From a virus, in IMG/VR virus record IMGVR_UViG_3300023184_000081, positions 1-64,000 of that record: 64,000 nt of DNA; one strand, given 5' to 3'. Shown piece by piece: positions 29,693 to 39,412 of the stretch. Below the pieces are notes generated by a model. The model searched no databases and was not told the origin of the DNA. It saw only the letters and a list, made by a program, of their open reading frames with translations. The position numbers were made by a program, and so were the translations under genes. Each line of letters begins with the position of its first letter. The first letter of the stretch is position 1.

Positions 29693-30754
29693 ATGAAAAC
29701 ATTTAAATCTTTTTTAAATGAACAAGATCTTTACGAAGAATCATTGTTCGAAGAGTTTCTTTCAGAAGCAGCCGATGATGCTTCTAAAGAACATGGTGTT
29801 TCAAATAACACTAAAGGTGTTCTTCATGAAATTCTAACTGGCAAACATCTTAATGGTGAAAAGCATATGGAGAAACATGTCAATGAACATGGCGAAACTC
29901 CAACACAAACCCATGATCGTTTGAAGAAAGCAATTCATCCAAACGACTATAAGCGTATTGATGCCAATGCTAAGTCTGCTGCTGCTCATATTAAGAAGCA
30001 TATCGAGTCTACTCATCCAGGTCATGCAATTAATGCTGTCACTCATACTTCTAAACCTGGAGATACAGAAAAGGTAACTGGTCATAAAGCATCTCAGAAA
30101 GAAGATTCTTCTGATATTTATGTTTCCACTAAGCATCCTAAGACTGGAAAAGTAACTCACCATGGTATAAGTTTAAAAGTTAGCGATAACTCTAACAAAA
30201 ATATTCCTACATCAAGTCTTGGTATTGAATCTGGTGGTTTAAAAGCCAAAAAACATTTCGCTGCTCACAAATCTGCGATTCTTAAAGCACATCCTACATT
30301 GATTGGTAAAAATAAAGCAGATCGTAAAGAAGCTGCAAAAGCACACCCTAAGCTGCATGCTGATGTTAAAGAACGCAATAAAACACTATTGAATAAAGTT
30401 GCTCATAGCCACGCTGCTGAATTACAGCATCACTTAGATACTGGCAATCATGAGAACGTAGTTAAGCATATCCGTGAAGTCATACATGCTCATAAAACTC
30501 CTGCTCAAGAAAAGGGAAATAGTTTTATTAAGCATACAACTTATCAAACTGCCAAAGGCGTTCAGCACCACATTAGCAGCCCAAGTGAAGACCATGAGCA
30601 TATCCTAAAAGATCATAAAAATCTTTCAGTTAAGTCGAGTGGTGGTTCTGTTCACTTCTATCACAAAGGTAAGAAATTTGCGTCGCAATCGCATAAATTT
30701 GATTCGCAAAGCGATCCACTAAGTTCACTGAAGAGCGCAGGTAGAGTAACATGA
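29693..30754 (+). CDS. His-rich PD-(D/E)xK nuclease-like protein
   Basis: KG.LHE, SDIYV…GISLK; starts MKTFKSFLNE. Confidence 0.55.
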   Translation: MKTFKSFLNEQDLYEESLFEEFLSEAADDASKEHGVSNNTKGVLHEILTGKHLNGEKHMEKHVNEHGETPTQTHDRLKKAIHPNDYKRIDANAKSAAAHIKKHIESTHPGHAINAVTHTSKPGDTEKVTGHKASQKEDSSDIYVSTKHPKTGKVTHHGISLKVSDNSNKNIPTSSLGIESGGLKAKKHFAAHKSAILKAHPTLIGKNKADRKEAAKAHPKLHADVKERNKTLLNKVAHSHAAELQHHLDTGNHENVVKHIREVIHAHKTPAQEKGNSFIKHTTYQTAKGVQHHISSPSEDHEHILKDHKNLSVKSSGGSVHFYHKGKKFASQSHKFDSQSDPLSSLKSAGRVT

Positions 30755-33700
30755 AAACACTTTTTCAATTATCAGAAGCGACTAAAGCAGATCAACATCA
30801 TGTGACTGCATTCACACGTATGAATCCTCCAACAACAGGTCATATGCAGTTGATTGATAAAGTTCATGCAGTCGCAAAAGATCATGGCGCTGATCATTCA
30901 GTTGTTGTGTCACATTCTCAAGATCCTAAAAAAAATCCATTATCTTCTGATCAGAAAAAGAAACATCTTAAAAGATTTTCTTCAGAAACTAATGTCATTG
31001 CTTCGTCAAAAGAACATCCAACAATTCTTCATCATCTTTCATCATTACACAAAGCTGGAGTTACACACGCTCATATCGTTGCTGGATCTGATCGTCACGA
31101 TGAGATGAGTAAATTGACGAATGCTTATAATGGTAAAAAAGCAGGTCACGGATATTACAAATTTAAAAAGATAACAATTCATTCTGCTGGGGAAAGAGAT
31201 CCAGACGCCGAAGGCACATCCGGCGTTAGCGCAACCAAGCAACGTGAACATGCAGCTTCTGGAAATTTCAAAGAATTCCGTAAAGGTGTTCCTGCGCATG
31301 TGTCTGATGAGCATACCAAAGACTTAATGAATGATGTTAAAAATGGACAAAAGACTAAGAAAAATGAGGAGTCGGAAATGGAATCATTAGACAATCTATT
31401 CGAAGAATTCATGATTGAGGATAGCCAATCATTTTCCGATGAAGAAATGTGGAATGTTGTAAATGGAATGCATTCTCATGAATTAGATCCGAACGAAAAT
31501 GATGTAGAATTCGTTGATATTCTAATGGGTGAATCGTATGAAGAAGACATCGACGAGAGTCGTGTTCTTTCTATTGCGCAACGTCAACGTGCCAAAATGA
31601 AATTTAAATCGCGTCAGCCACGTCTAAAAAGAATGCGCGAAATCAAAAGAAAAAGAATGGCCACGCCGCAAAGATTGCAGTATCGCGCTAGAACATCTGC
31701 GCTTATGATGTTGCGTAAACGAATTGCCGGTGCTAAGGGTCTCGCTTATCACACACTATCTCCATCACAAAGATATACAATTGACAAAGCTGTTCAACAA
31801 AGATTTGGAAAGAATCTAGATAAACTCGTCGGAACGATATCTAAAAGAACGCTTCCCATGATTCGTAAAAAAGAAATGGCTCGTCTTGCTAAAGCGCGCG
31901 GTCAAAAAACTTCTTCGATAATTGGTCCACAAACGATGACTCAGTCCTATGATGTGAGTGAAGCGCCGGATTATATTTCAACCAACAACGATCATCTCCT
32001 GACACCAAAAGTTAATATGCTTCTGCGTCTTGGTTTGGTTGATCAAGATGAAATTGAAAGATATCGTCGCGCTCTTAAGATTGGTGAAAAAGCATTATCA
32101 TCTCCAGAATTACGAAGCAAGATTCTTTCTATGCTTGATAAAACATTGAAGCTGGCTACAGACGATCCGCAAACATTCGCTAGAATTCGCGCTATGGTTG
32201 TGCTCAGAAAAAATTCGCAGAATGAACAAAATTCTCTTGAAGTGAATCCGCTCGAAATAGATCCTCTTCAAATTGATAAAACAGATCCGACTCCAGATAA
32301 AGGTCATTCGCAGCATTTGACTTTGCGCAAGAAGATGATTCGGCAACATGAAGCGGTGAATCCTGCAGTAGTTGCACAGAAAGCACAAAAGGCACAGAAA
32401 GCAAGTGCACTTCGTCAGCAGAAAATTCAACGATCTTTAAAACAGAAAGCGTTTACAGAAAAACAACGCCGAGAAAAAGAGCAATTTAATGCAAGCACTG
32501 GCAAACCACAGAAAAAATTCTCATCAATGAAAACTAAAACATCTGGAGTTTCTTCTCTAGGTGGAATCGCAGCTGCAGCTGCATTTGGAGGAGACAAAGA
32601 AATGACAGCAGCTGTTGGTAATGCCGTGCATAAGGGTTATGGTTGGTTAAAGAAAAAATTAACTTCAGAGTATGATCCATTAGCAGAAGATAAGATTGTA
32701 GAGAGTCTATACAAAAAATCAATGAAGTATAATATTTCTATAGATACTGTCGTTGAAGTTTATGAAGCTGCTCTTAAACATTCTGGTAACGAAAACATTG
32801 CTTTCGATGCAGTTAATTCGTTCTTAGCGAATCAACAGGAAGCTGTCAACGAGAAGGATTCAGTAGTAATGGATATCCCTCTGTTGATTCGTGTTCTGGA
32901 ATTAGCTCGCGAAGATTTAAAGAGTGATATGGATTTGCATAAAGTTGTAGAAAAATTAATCAATATTCGCAACAAAGGTATATTGACTATGGACGACTAT
33001 GATTATATTGCACACATCAAAGAGCAAGTCGAACAGATTGACGAAAAACATTTAGTTAATGTAACTATATCTGATCCAAATCACACTATGGTTTCTAAGC
33101 GTAAAGAAACAATGCAAAGACGTGCTTCAGTAACAGCAAAAGATCGTGAACATGCTATAGATACTGCAATTAATCATTATAAGAAACAAGGTTATAAAGT
33201 TCATGACCATCAATATGTTGAAAAAGATTTTGAAAATACTTCGCCTGCACCTAAAGTGAGTAAAACATCTCTGCTCCAAGATGTAAAAGAAGATGTGGAT
33301 GCAGATTCCATATTCGAAATCGAAATGTATGTTCCAGAAATACACGAGGCAAGAGGCGATCATCTTCTAACGATTCAAGGTGGTCGTGGCAAGGGAAGAA
33401 AGTTCATGCATAAAGACACATCTGTAGATGACCACCTTTCTGCTATGGAGTTTCACCTTAAAGGATATCATGCCGCTAAGAAAGATAAATTAGACGCGAC
33501 AAAAAATCATCACGCTAAGATGTATCATAAGCATAAAGATCAGATCGAAGCTCTGGGTGAAAAGGGTAATCATCTTAAAGAATCCAATGCGCATAAAATC
33601 TTGGCTCAAAAAATTCAACAAATGGCTAATCGTAAAAAGATGACAGATGATGCTTTAGCAAGACATAACGCTGAGCAGGAAAAAGCTGAGAAAGAAAAGA

Positions 33701-34326
33701 AGCAAGGTGTGGCGGAAGCATCAGATAGGATGCAAAGATATGGTCAACAAATACTTAAACGTGCTAGAGCTGCACGAGATGCTGAAGCAAATAAAGAAAA
33801 ACCACAAACATCAACTGATACTAGTTCCACTAGCACACGTGATCTTCTCCAGCAACTAAGAAGACCCAATACTAAGAAAAAACGCGTGTCTGAAGAGGGC
33901 GGAGCTGGTGTGGCGGAAAAAATCGTAGAGGTAAAGAGATTTCGCACAACTTATGGCTTTGCGGGCGGTGCTAAAGAACCACGATCAGCTCATGCCAAAG
34001 AAGTGGCGCGTAAAAACGCAGAATATTTAAAAACTTTGGGTCACTTTGAACCAAATGATGATATGGTTGGTACTGCTAAGAAGATTAAAAAACCTGTTAA
34101 GGAAGAGGGTGGAGCTGGTGAGTTTGGTACTCCAGAACTCACAAAAAACTACGCAAAAGACACACCAGGACAATGCCAAGAAATACTAAATATGAATACT
34201 TCCGATATGGGTGATGTAATTAAAGACTTTAAGAAATCCGATGCGCCTCAGTTTAAAGGTAAGAGTATCGAAAAGAGACGTCAAATGGCTATTGCTGCAA
34301 AATTAAGTTCACAAGATAAGGAATAA
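30751..34326 (+). CDS. Large modular protein: N-terminal cytidylyltransferase/NMNAT-like domain plus many charged modules (probable internal head polyprotein)
   Basis: RMNPPTTGH, KNPL, VAGSDR, SAGERD, SAT..R in the first ~200 aa; the rest is charged modules bounded by IDE/VNE/VAE/VKE. Confidence 0.7.
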   Translation: MKTLFQLSEATKADQHHVTAFTRMNPPTTGHMQLIDKVHAVAKDHGADHSVVVSHSQDPKKNPLSSDQKKKHLKRFSSETNVIASSKEHPTILHHLSSLHKAGVTHAHIVAGSDRHDEMSKLTNAYNGKKAGHGYYKFKKITIHSAGERDPDAEGTSGVSATKQREHAASGNFKEFRKGVPAHVSDEHTKDLMNDVKNGQKTKKNEESEMESLDNLFEEFMIEDSQSFSDEEMWNVVNGMHSHELDPNENDVEFVDILMGESYEEDIDESRVLSIAQRQRAKMKFKSRQPRLKRMREIKRKRMATPQRLQYRARTSALMMLRKRIAGAKGLAYHTLSPSQRYTIDKAVQQRFGKNLDKLVGTISKRTLPMIRKKEMARLAKARGQKTSSIIGPQTMTQSYDVSEAPDYISTNNDHLLTPKVNMLLRLGLVDQDEIERYRRALKIGEKALSSPELRSKILSMLDKTLKLATDDPQTFARIRAMVVLRKNSQNEQNSLEVNPLEIDPLQIDKTDPTPDKGHSQHLTLRKKMIRQHEAVNPAVVAQKAQKAQKASALRQQKIQRSLKQKAFTEKQRREKEQFNASTGKPQKKFSSMKTKTSGVSSLGGIAAAAAFGGDKEMTAAVGNAVHKGYGWLKKKLTSEYDPLAEDKIVESLYKKSMKYNISIDTVVEVYEAALKHSGNENIAFDAVNSFLANQQEAVNEKDSVVMDIPLLIRVLELAREDLKSDMDLHKVVEKLINIRNKGILTMDDYDYIAHIKEQVEQIDEKHLVNVTISDPNHTMVSKRKETMQRRASVTAKDREHAIDTAINHYKKQGYKVHDHQYVEKDFENTSPAPKVSKTSLLQDVKEDVDADSIFEIEMYVPEIHEARGDHLLTIQGGRGKGRKFMHKDTSVDDHLSAMEFHLKGYHAAKKDKLDATKNHHAKMYHKHKDQIEALGEKGNHLKESNAHKILAQKIQQMANRKKMTDDALARHNAEQEKAEKEKKQGVAEASDRMQRYGQQILKRARAARDAEANKEKPQTSTDTSSTSTRDLLQQLRRPNTKKKRVSEEGGAGVAEKIVEVKRFRTTYGFAGGAKEPRSAHAKEVARKNAEYLKTLGHFEPNDDMVGTAKKIKKPVKEEGGAGEFGTPELTKNYAKDTPGQCQEILNMNTSDMGDVIKDFKKSDAPQFKGKSIEKRRQMAIAAKLSSQDKE

Positions 34327-34330
34327 TAAA

Positions 34331-34594
34331 ATGCAAACTTACAAGAATCTCTCTTCGGTTATAAGACAGGTAGTAACAGAAGCGCATACAAAAGATCATC
34401 CTCCATTTGAACCGGATGAAAAATCATCTTTTAAGAAGCCAGATAACAAAAATAGAACTGGAATGGATGCTGCTAGAGCACTGGCTCGTAAGGCAATGCA
34501 GCAGAAGATGAAAGAGTCGTTCGACTTGGATATCACAGATGAAGAAGCTGATGATCTTCTAGAACATATCCAAGAAATTTCAAAAGGAGAATAA
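34331..34594 (+). CDS. Hypothetical late protein
   Basis: ORF in tightly packed late block. Confidence 0.6.
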   Translation: MQTYKNLSSVIRQVVTEAHTKDHPPFEPDEKSSFKKPDNKNRTGMDAARALARKAMQQKMKESFDLDITDEEADDLLEHIQEISKGE

Positions 34595-34595
34595 C

Positions 34596-35615
34596 ATGAA
34601 ACCAACAACAAATTACGGATTATCCGATTCACTTATCGATGCAGTAAGAAAATCGGTCGAAGAAGCTCTTGTTGGTGGCCAGAAGAAATTGGACGTCGAT
34701 AAAGATGGTAAGCTAGAAAAGTCGGACTTTGCTTCTCTGCGCGCTAAGAAAGATGCTGTCAATACAAAGCCTAAGTTGAAGGAAGAAGACGAACAGATAG
34801 ATGAAGCTCCCTTGCGCACAGTTAATGCTTTAGTCGGATATCCAAAGCTGAATAAAAAGGTCGCTGCAAAAGGAACACCAGGTTCTGAAGATGAAAGAAA
34901 CAAAGCAGCTGCTGGATTAAGGAGAGATCGCAGTGGTCTTGGTCGTCGTGCATACACTGGAGACCAGCACTATGATGTTCGTAGGGAAGAAGAACAGATG
35001 GACGAAGCAATATATGATAATAAAGATCACGCTCAATCTATCACTGATAAACTTAAAAAGAAAAATAATGACGGTAACTACTTTATAAAAGCTGATCATG
35101 GCAAACATCGTATTGTCCACGCTTATTATTCTAACTCAAAAGTTAAGAAAGATATTGCTAGATTAAACGAAGCTGAATTGGACGAAGTCGAACAGATGGA
35201 TGAAAGTCTCGATTCTATTGCTAAAAAACATGGCATGAAATACACGACTACAGCCTATGGTGCAGGAATGAAACATCCAACTAAAGGCGAAATTTCTATT
35301 AATCGTTATGGCGAATGGCATCATAAAGGAACTAATAAAACAGGTGATAGTGAAAACGATTTTTCTAGTTTAGATAAACACCTTTCGACAGTTAAAGAAG
35401 AAGAACAGATGGACGAGGTTAAACTTGCAGATCTTCCCCGTCGTAAAGTTGTGGGTAAATCCTATGGTGCAGACTATGTCGATCCAGAAGGCGCTGATGA
35501 AACTGCAGCAGATATGAAAAAAGCAGAACCAAAGCGTAAAAGTGGTCCACAAGGAACCATGAAGAGACGATTTAATACTAAATCTTACGCTAAACTTAAA
35601 TCACAATACAAATAA
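34596..35615 (+). CDS. Modular charged protein with EEQMDE linkers (probable internal head protein)
   Basis: EF-hand-like DVDKDGKLEKSD; four EQ(I/M)DE linkers. Confidence 0.65.
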   Translation: MKPTTNYGLSDSLIDAVRKSVEEALVGGQKKLDVDKDGKLEKSDFASLRAKKDAVNTKPKLKEEDEQIDEAPLRTVNALVGYPKLNKKVAAKGTPGSEDERNKAAAGLRRDRSGLGRRAYTGDQHYDVRREEEQMDEAIYDNKDHAQSITDKLKKKNNDGNYFIKADHGKHRIVHAYYSNSKVKKDIARLNEAELDEVEQMDESLDSIAKKHGMKYTTTAYGAGMKHPTKGEISINRYGEWHHKGTNKTGDSENDFSSLDKHLSTVKEEEQMDEVKLADLPRRKVVGKSYGADYVDPEGADETAADMKKAEPKRKSGPQGTMKRRFNTKSYAKLKSQYK

Positions 35616-35619
35616 AGTT

Positions 35620-35627
35620 TATAAATA
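35620..35627 (+). promoter_or_regulatory. T4-type late promoter
   Basis: TATAAATA. Confidence 0.7.
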
Positions 35628-35691
35628 GACAATACTATATTATGCAGAGTAGTCAATTTCGACGAAAATGTGAATTCTAGGAGAAAAAGAA

Positions 35692-36441
35692 ATGGCACAA
35701 TTTGGATTTAGTAGAGAAAACAGTCAGGTAAAAAGTGGCGCAAACACTGAGGCTTCACTGAAAGCTGGTCAGCAACCATTTGCCGGCATGACTGACGGAA
35801 ATGAACCATGGAAGCGGAATGTTGTTGCTACAACTGCAGGATGGGTTCGTAGAACAAACAAAACACCAACTACCGGAGCAGTTCGTCAGCATGATGAAAT
35901 TCTTATTGCCGGAAGTCCAGGCCGCGAATATGGCGGTGGTTCAGTTGCATTTACATATGTAGCTAATACGAATCTGGGTCCTGCAGATATCTCAGAAATA
36001 TTTGTTAAGCTAAATGCGAATAATGTTATTTCCGCAAACGTAGCTGCTAACCTTTATGTTGTTTTCAATCAACCCGTTCATTTCAAGGCTTCAGGCAATT
36101 CATTCCATCTTCAATTGAGCAATACTGCTGGTGGAAATCACGGCCGAGCAGTTTTCGCAACTGGTCGTCGTGCAAACGGAGCAAATAACATTCTTGTATT
36201 CGTTATGCCTAAACTTCAAGGTCGCACTGGTTCATTGAAAGCGACTTATCATATCAATGCAGCTGCTAAATTCTTCGGTCCAACGACTGGTGTTGCAGTA
36301 GTAGGAATGCCGCTTTACAATCCTGAAATCGGAATTACAGCTGCAGCAAATACTACAATCACTGGTGCAGTTGCGAATGGATTGAATAATGGTTTTGGAA
36401 CTCGTATTACTAACTTTACAGTGTCACCAAGAGGCGTTTAA
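35692..36441 (+). CDS. Putative virion structural protein
   Basis: Late promoter, AGGAG RBS, G/A/N/T-rich beta-type composition. Confidence 0.55.
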   Translation: MAQFGFSRENSQVKSGANTEASLKAGQQPFAGMTDGNEPWKRNVVATTAGWVRRTNKTPTTGAVRQHDEILIAGSPGREYGGGSVAFTYVANTNLGPADISEIFVKLNANNVISANVAANLYVVFNQPVHFKASGNSFHLQLSNTAGGNHGRAVFATGRRANGANNILVFVMPKLQGRTGSLKATYHINAAAKFFGPTTGVAVVGMPLYNPEIGITAAANTTITGAVANGLNNGFGTRITNFTVSPRGV

Positions 36442-36443
36442 TT

Positions 36444-36974
36444 ATGGCTGATAAAAAGATATCTCAACTGACTGCGCTTTCGACAACTTCGTCGGAAGAT
36501 CTATTATTGATTGTTGACGATCCAAATGGGACTCCAGCTTCGAAGAATATTACTGTAAAGAATTTCTTCGGTGCTGTTTCTTCCAACACAGTATTTTCTG
36601 GTGCGAAGAACATTATTCGAAGTGCGAATACAGTTTTTCCTGCTGGAAATACGACGTTCACGAAAACAGTTTCTATGAACGTCGCAGTTTATTTTGGATT
36701 GACTTCACAACGCTCTGCTGCACCTACTGTCGCAAGTGCAACAACAATTGCCCCAACGACTCAAATTGCATATGTTTCCGGCACAACTGCAATTGTTACT
36801 ATTACTGCGCCAACTCCAATTTCTATAGGTGGTGGTCAGATTACATTGATTCCTACAGGAATCTTTACAACTACAACAGCTGGAAATATTGCGTTGGCAT
36901 CAACAGCTGTTGTTAGCAAGGCTCTTATTATGACTTATGATGCAACTGCTGCTAAATGGTATCCGAGCTACTAA
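36444..36974 (+). CDS. Putative fibre/virion decoration protein
   Basis: MADKKISQLT N-terminus, Thr-rich, ends KWYPSY. Confidence 0.6.
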   Translation: MADKKISQLTALSTTSSEDLLLIVDDPNGTPASKNITVKNFFGAVSSNTVFSGAKNIIRSANTVFPAGNTTFTKTVSMNVAVYFGLTSQRSAAPTVASATTIAPTTQIAYVSGTTAIVTITAPTPISIGGGQITLIPTGIFTTTTAGNIALASTAVVSKALIMTYDATAAKWYPSY

Positions 36975-36980
36975 CGAAGT

Positions 36981-37370
36981 ATGCATCAATTGACAGATTC
37001 AAACTTTATATTATACGCAGCGCAAAATTATAATAATGCATCATGTATCGATGAGAAAGAATTTTACGATGATTTATCAAAGATAAAGAGTTTAAGTAAA
37101 TTATTCAACCGCTACATGAAAAGTGGCGAGTTGAATGATAAATTGATTTTGAATCATCTTATAATTTTATATAATGTTTTCGATCGTCAGGCTATAACTC
37201 GAATTCTTGTCTTTAAATTATACAGCTATCTTTATTATCTAAAGCCATTTTTGATTCTACTTGGATTTTGGCCGGAGAGAATAGAAGGAATTGGCATCAA
37301 TAATGAAACAATTATTAGTAGCGATATTCCTATGGATAATAATGTAGTAAATATACTCAGAAGAATATAG
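36981..37370 (+). CDS. Conserved T4-like hypothetical protein
   Basis: F.LYAA.NY, EFYDDL, LILNHLIILYNVF. Confidence 0.7.
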   Translation: MHQLTDSNFILYAAQNYNNASCIDEKEFYDDLSKIKSLSKLFNRYMKSGELNDKLILNHLIILYNVFDRQAITRILVFKLYSYLYYLKPFLILLGFWPERIEGIGINNETIISSDIPMDNNVVNILRRI

Positions 37371-37933
37371 TGGCCTCTCCAATTATCGATATCTATCTAG
37401 TCTATGAATTTATAAAAAGACTAGTTACGCCATTCAATAAGACTAAAGCGTTTTCTCTTGGTCTTATTGACGCTGATGGTAAAAAACTTAAAAATGCAGT
37501 TACGTCTCAAGAAAAAGACGCGATGGGTTATTTTGATCGTCTTGTATTTAATCTAAAAAGAATTCTAGAAAAAGTTCCTCTTGGTAAGAGTCAGATTGCG
37601 TCCTACGCAGCTGCTCTACTTCTATTGAGAGAACGAAACGAAGCAACTCTAATCGGAGACTATCCATTACAGCTTCGTGAAAAATTATACGAGCAAATGA
37701 AAGCTCTAGAATTAAATGAAGATGTCGGAGCAGTAGCTGCGCCTGCAAACGCAACTGGAGCCGCAGTCTCTGGAACTGGAGATAATGTCGCGTCATTTAA
37801 AGGAACTAAAACTAGCAAAACTATTTCTAAAATTCTACGCAGAAAAGGTATTAAGACTGAAGAAAATAAGTGCAATAAAACACGCGCAGGAATACAGTGT
37901 CCGACACATGGTATTAAATCATGTGGTTATTAA
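37370..37933 (+). CDS. Conserved T4-like hypothetical protein
   Basis: LVTPF..T.AF.LG.ID..G, RLVFNLKR, YAAAL.L. Confidence 0.7.
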   Translation: MASPIIDIYLVYEFIKRLVTPFNKTKAFSLGLIDADGKKLKNAVTSQEKDAMGYFDRLVFNLKRILEKVPLGKSQIASYAAALLLLRERNEATLIGDYPLQLREKLYEQMKALELNEDVGAVAAPANATGAAVSGTGDNVASFKGTKTSKTISKILRRKGIKTEENKCNKTRAGIQCPTHGIKSCGY

Positions 37934-38508
37934 GTTTCATTCCTACTGAAATTCTTCAATGGATGATTCATGGAATCGTTCTATTAGGTCTCTTCGCATT
38001 TATTTCTAGTTACTTTGTACCCGTATATGGAAAGATAATTTCTCCAATCGCAATATTGATTTTAGCATTTGGTGTATATTGTGAAGGTGGTTATTTTGTT
38101 GAAAAAGAATGGCGCAGTAAAGTAGAAGAAATGGAAAAGAAAGTTGCAGCGGCTGAAGAGAAATCTGCAGTAATAAATACAGTCATTAAAACTAAGATTG
38201 TTGAAAAGATAAAAGTAATCAAGGAAACAACCAAAGGGAATATAGAATATGTTGACCGTGTTGTTGCGAGGTATGATAACAAGTGCGTTCTGTCTAATGC
38301 TGCTGTCGGGGTGCATAACGCAGCCAGTCAAAATGTCTTGGCCAAAAGTTCCGGAGCAACTGATGAAGGAGCCTCCGATGTTAAAATCAGTGAGCTCGTC
38401 AGAACAGTCACAGAAAACTACGGTCTCTACTATCAAACCAGAGAGCAAGTAATCGGTTGGCAGATGTGGTACTCGGAACAGAAAAAGATTTTTGAAAGCG
38501 TAAAATGA
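37921..38508 (+). CDS. Rz-like inner-membrane spanin
   Basis: N-terminal TMs, periplasmic coiled coil, C…HN.A; hosts a nested lipoprotein ORF. Confidence 0.75.
   Translation: MWLLSFIPTEILQWMIHGIVLLGLFAFISSYFVPVYGKIISPIAILILAFGVYCEGGYFVEKEWRSKVEEMEKKVAAAEEKSAVINTVIKTKIVEKIKVIKETTKGNIEYVDRVVARYDNKCVLSNAAVGVHNAASQNVLAKSSGATDEGASDVKISELVRTVTENYGLYYQTREQVIGWQMWYSEQKKIFESVK
38249..38452 (+). CDS. Rz1-like outer-membrane lipoprotein spanin nested in +1 frame
   Basis: AAGGGA RBS, hydrophobic signal, lipobox LSGC (Cys22), Pro-rich mature part WPKVPEQLMKEPP. Confidence 0.75.
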   Translation: MLTVLLRGMITSAFCLMLLSGCITQPVKMSWPKVPEQLMKEPPMLKSVSSSEQSQKTTVSTIKPESK

Positions 38509-38927
38509 AAAATTTCAAACAATTTTTAAATGAAGAATTTAAATTTCGGCGGACACTTGTTATGGATAAACCAGTTCATACCAAGACGATTACCTCAGAT
38601 GAATTGCTAAAGCACATCGGACGTTCGAAGATAAGATCTATGGTTAAACATCCATTTCATCGGGAGTATTTTAACAATGTTTCGCATGCTGGGTATCAAT
38701 ATCATCGTGATTCAAATGGTCATGAGCATGTTCTAGCAGCACCAGTTGATCCACAAAAGAAAAAAGACGGAACCGAGATTAGAAGAATGGTTCAGTTTGA
38801 TTTTTATAAGCGTTCTGTAAATAATGCTCATCTCTTTCATAATAAAGATAATGAACGTCACCATCCCGATGATGGTGGTAATAGAATTTGGCGTCACATA
38901 AGAAGTCATAAAGAGGATGAAGAATAA
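38505..38927 (+). CDS. His-rich hypothetical protein with capsid-targeting-like N-terminus
   Basis: Starts MKNFKQFLNEE. Confidence 0.6.
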   Translation: MKNFKQFLNEEFKFRRTLVMDKPVHTKTITSDELLKHIGRSKIRSMVKHPFHREYFNNVSHAGYQYHRDSNGHEHVLAAPVDPQKKKDGTEIRRMVQFDFYKRSVNNAHLFHNKDNERHHPDDGGNRIWRHIRSHKEDEE

Positions 38928-39412
38928 TGTTAACCTTTAAACAGTTTATAAGAAAACGTCCTCCTGAAAAATATTATGGACCAGACAGACGCGTTGGTCC
39001 TCGTAGAACTAAATCTGCAATTCCTGGAAATGTTGTGAAATGGGGTGGAAGAAGAAAAGTTGATGAAACAAAGAAAGATCCCTGCTGGAATGGATATAAG
39101 ATGTTGGGTATGAAAAAGAAGGGGAACAAAAAAGTTCCGAATTGTATTCCGGAAGCAGCAGTTGACGCCAAAGGATATAAGAGTTCTACAGGCGGATTAA
39201 CTCAAAAGGGTCGCGATCATTATAATAGCCAATCTGGCGGAAATCTCAAAGCACCAGTCACAACTCCTCCTTCGGAATTAAAAGCTGGAAGCAAAGCTGC
39301 TAATCGTAGAAAGTCTTTCTGCGCTCGTATGGGTGGAGTAGATGGTCCGATGACAAAGCCAAATGGTGAGCCAACACGTAAAGCTCTTGCCCTTAGAAAA
39401 TGGAATTGCTAG
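38927..39412 (+). CDS. Basic hypothetical protein (DUF6321-like)
   Basis: PCW.GY…VPNC, GGLTQKGR, RRKSFCARM, LRKWNC. Confidence 0.65.
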   Translation: MLTFKQFIRKRPPEKYYGPDRRVGPRRTKSAIPGNVVKWGGRRKVDETKKDPCWNGYKMLGMKKKGNKKVPNCIPEAAVDAKGYKSSTGGLTQKGRDHYNSQSGGNLKAPVTTPPSELKAGSKAANRRKSFCARMGGVDGPMTKPNGEPTRKALALRKWNC

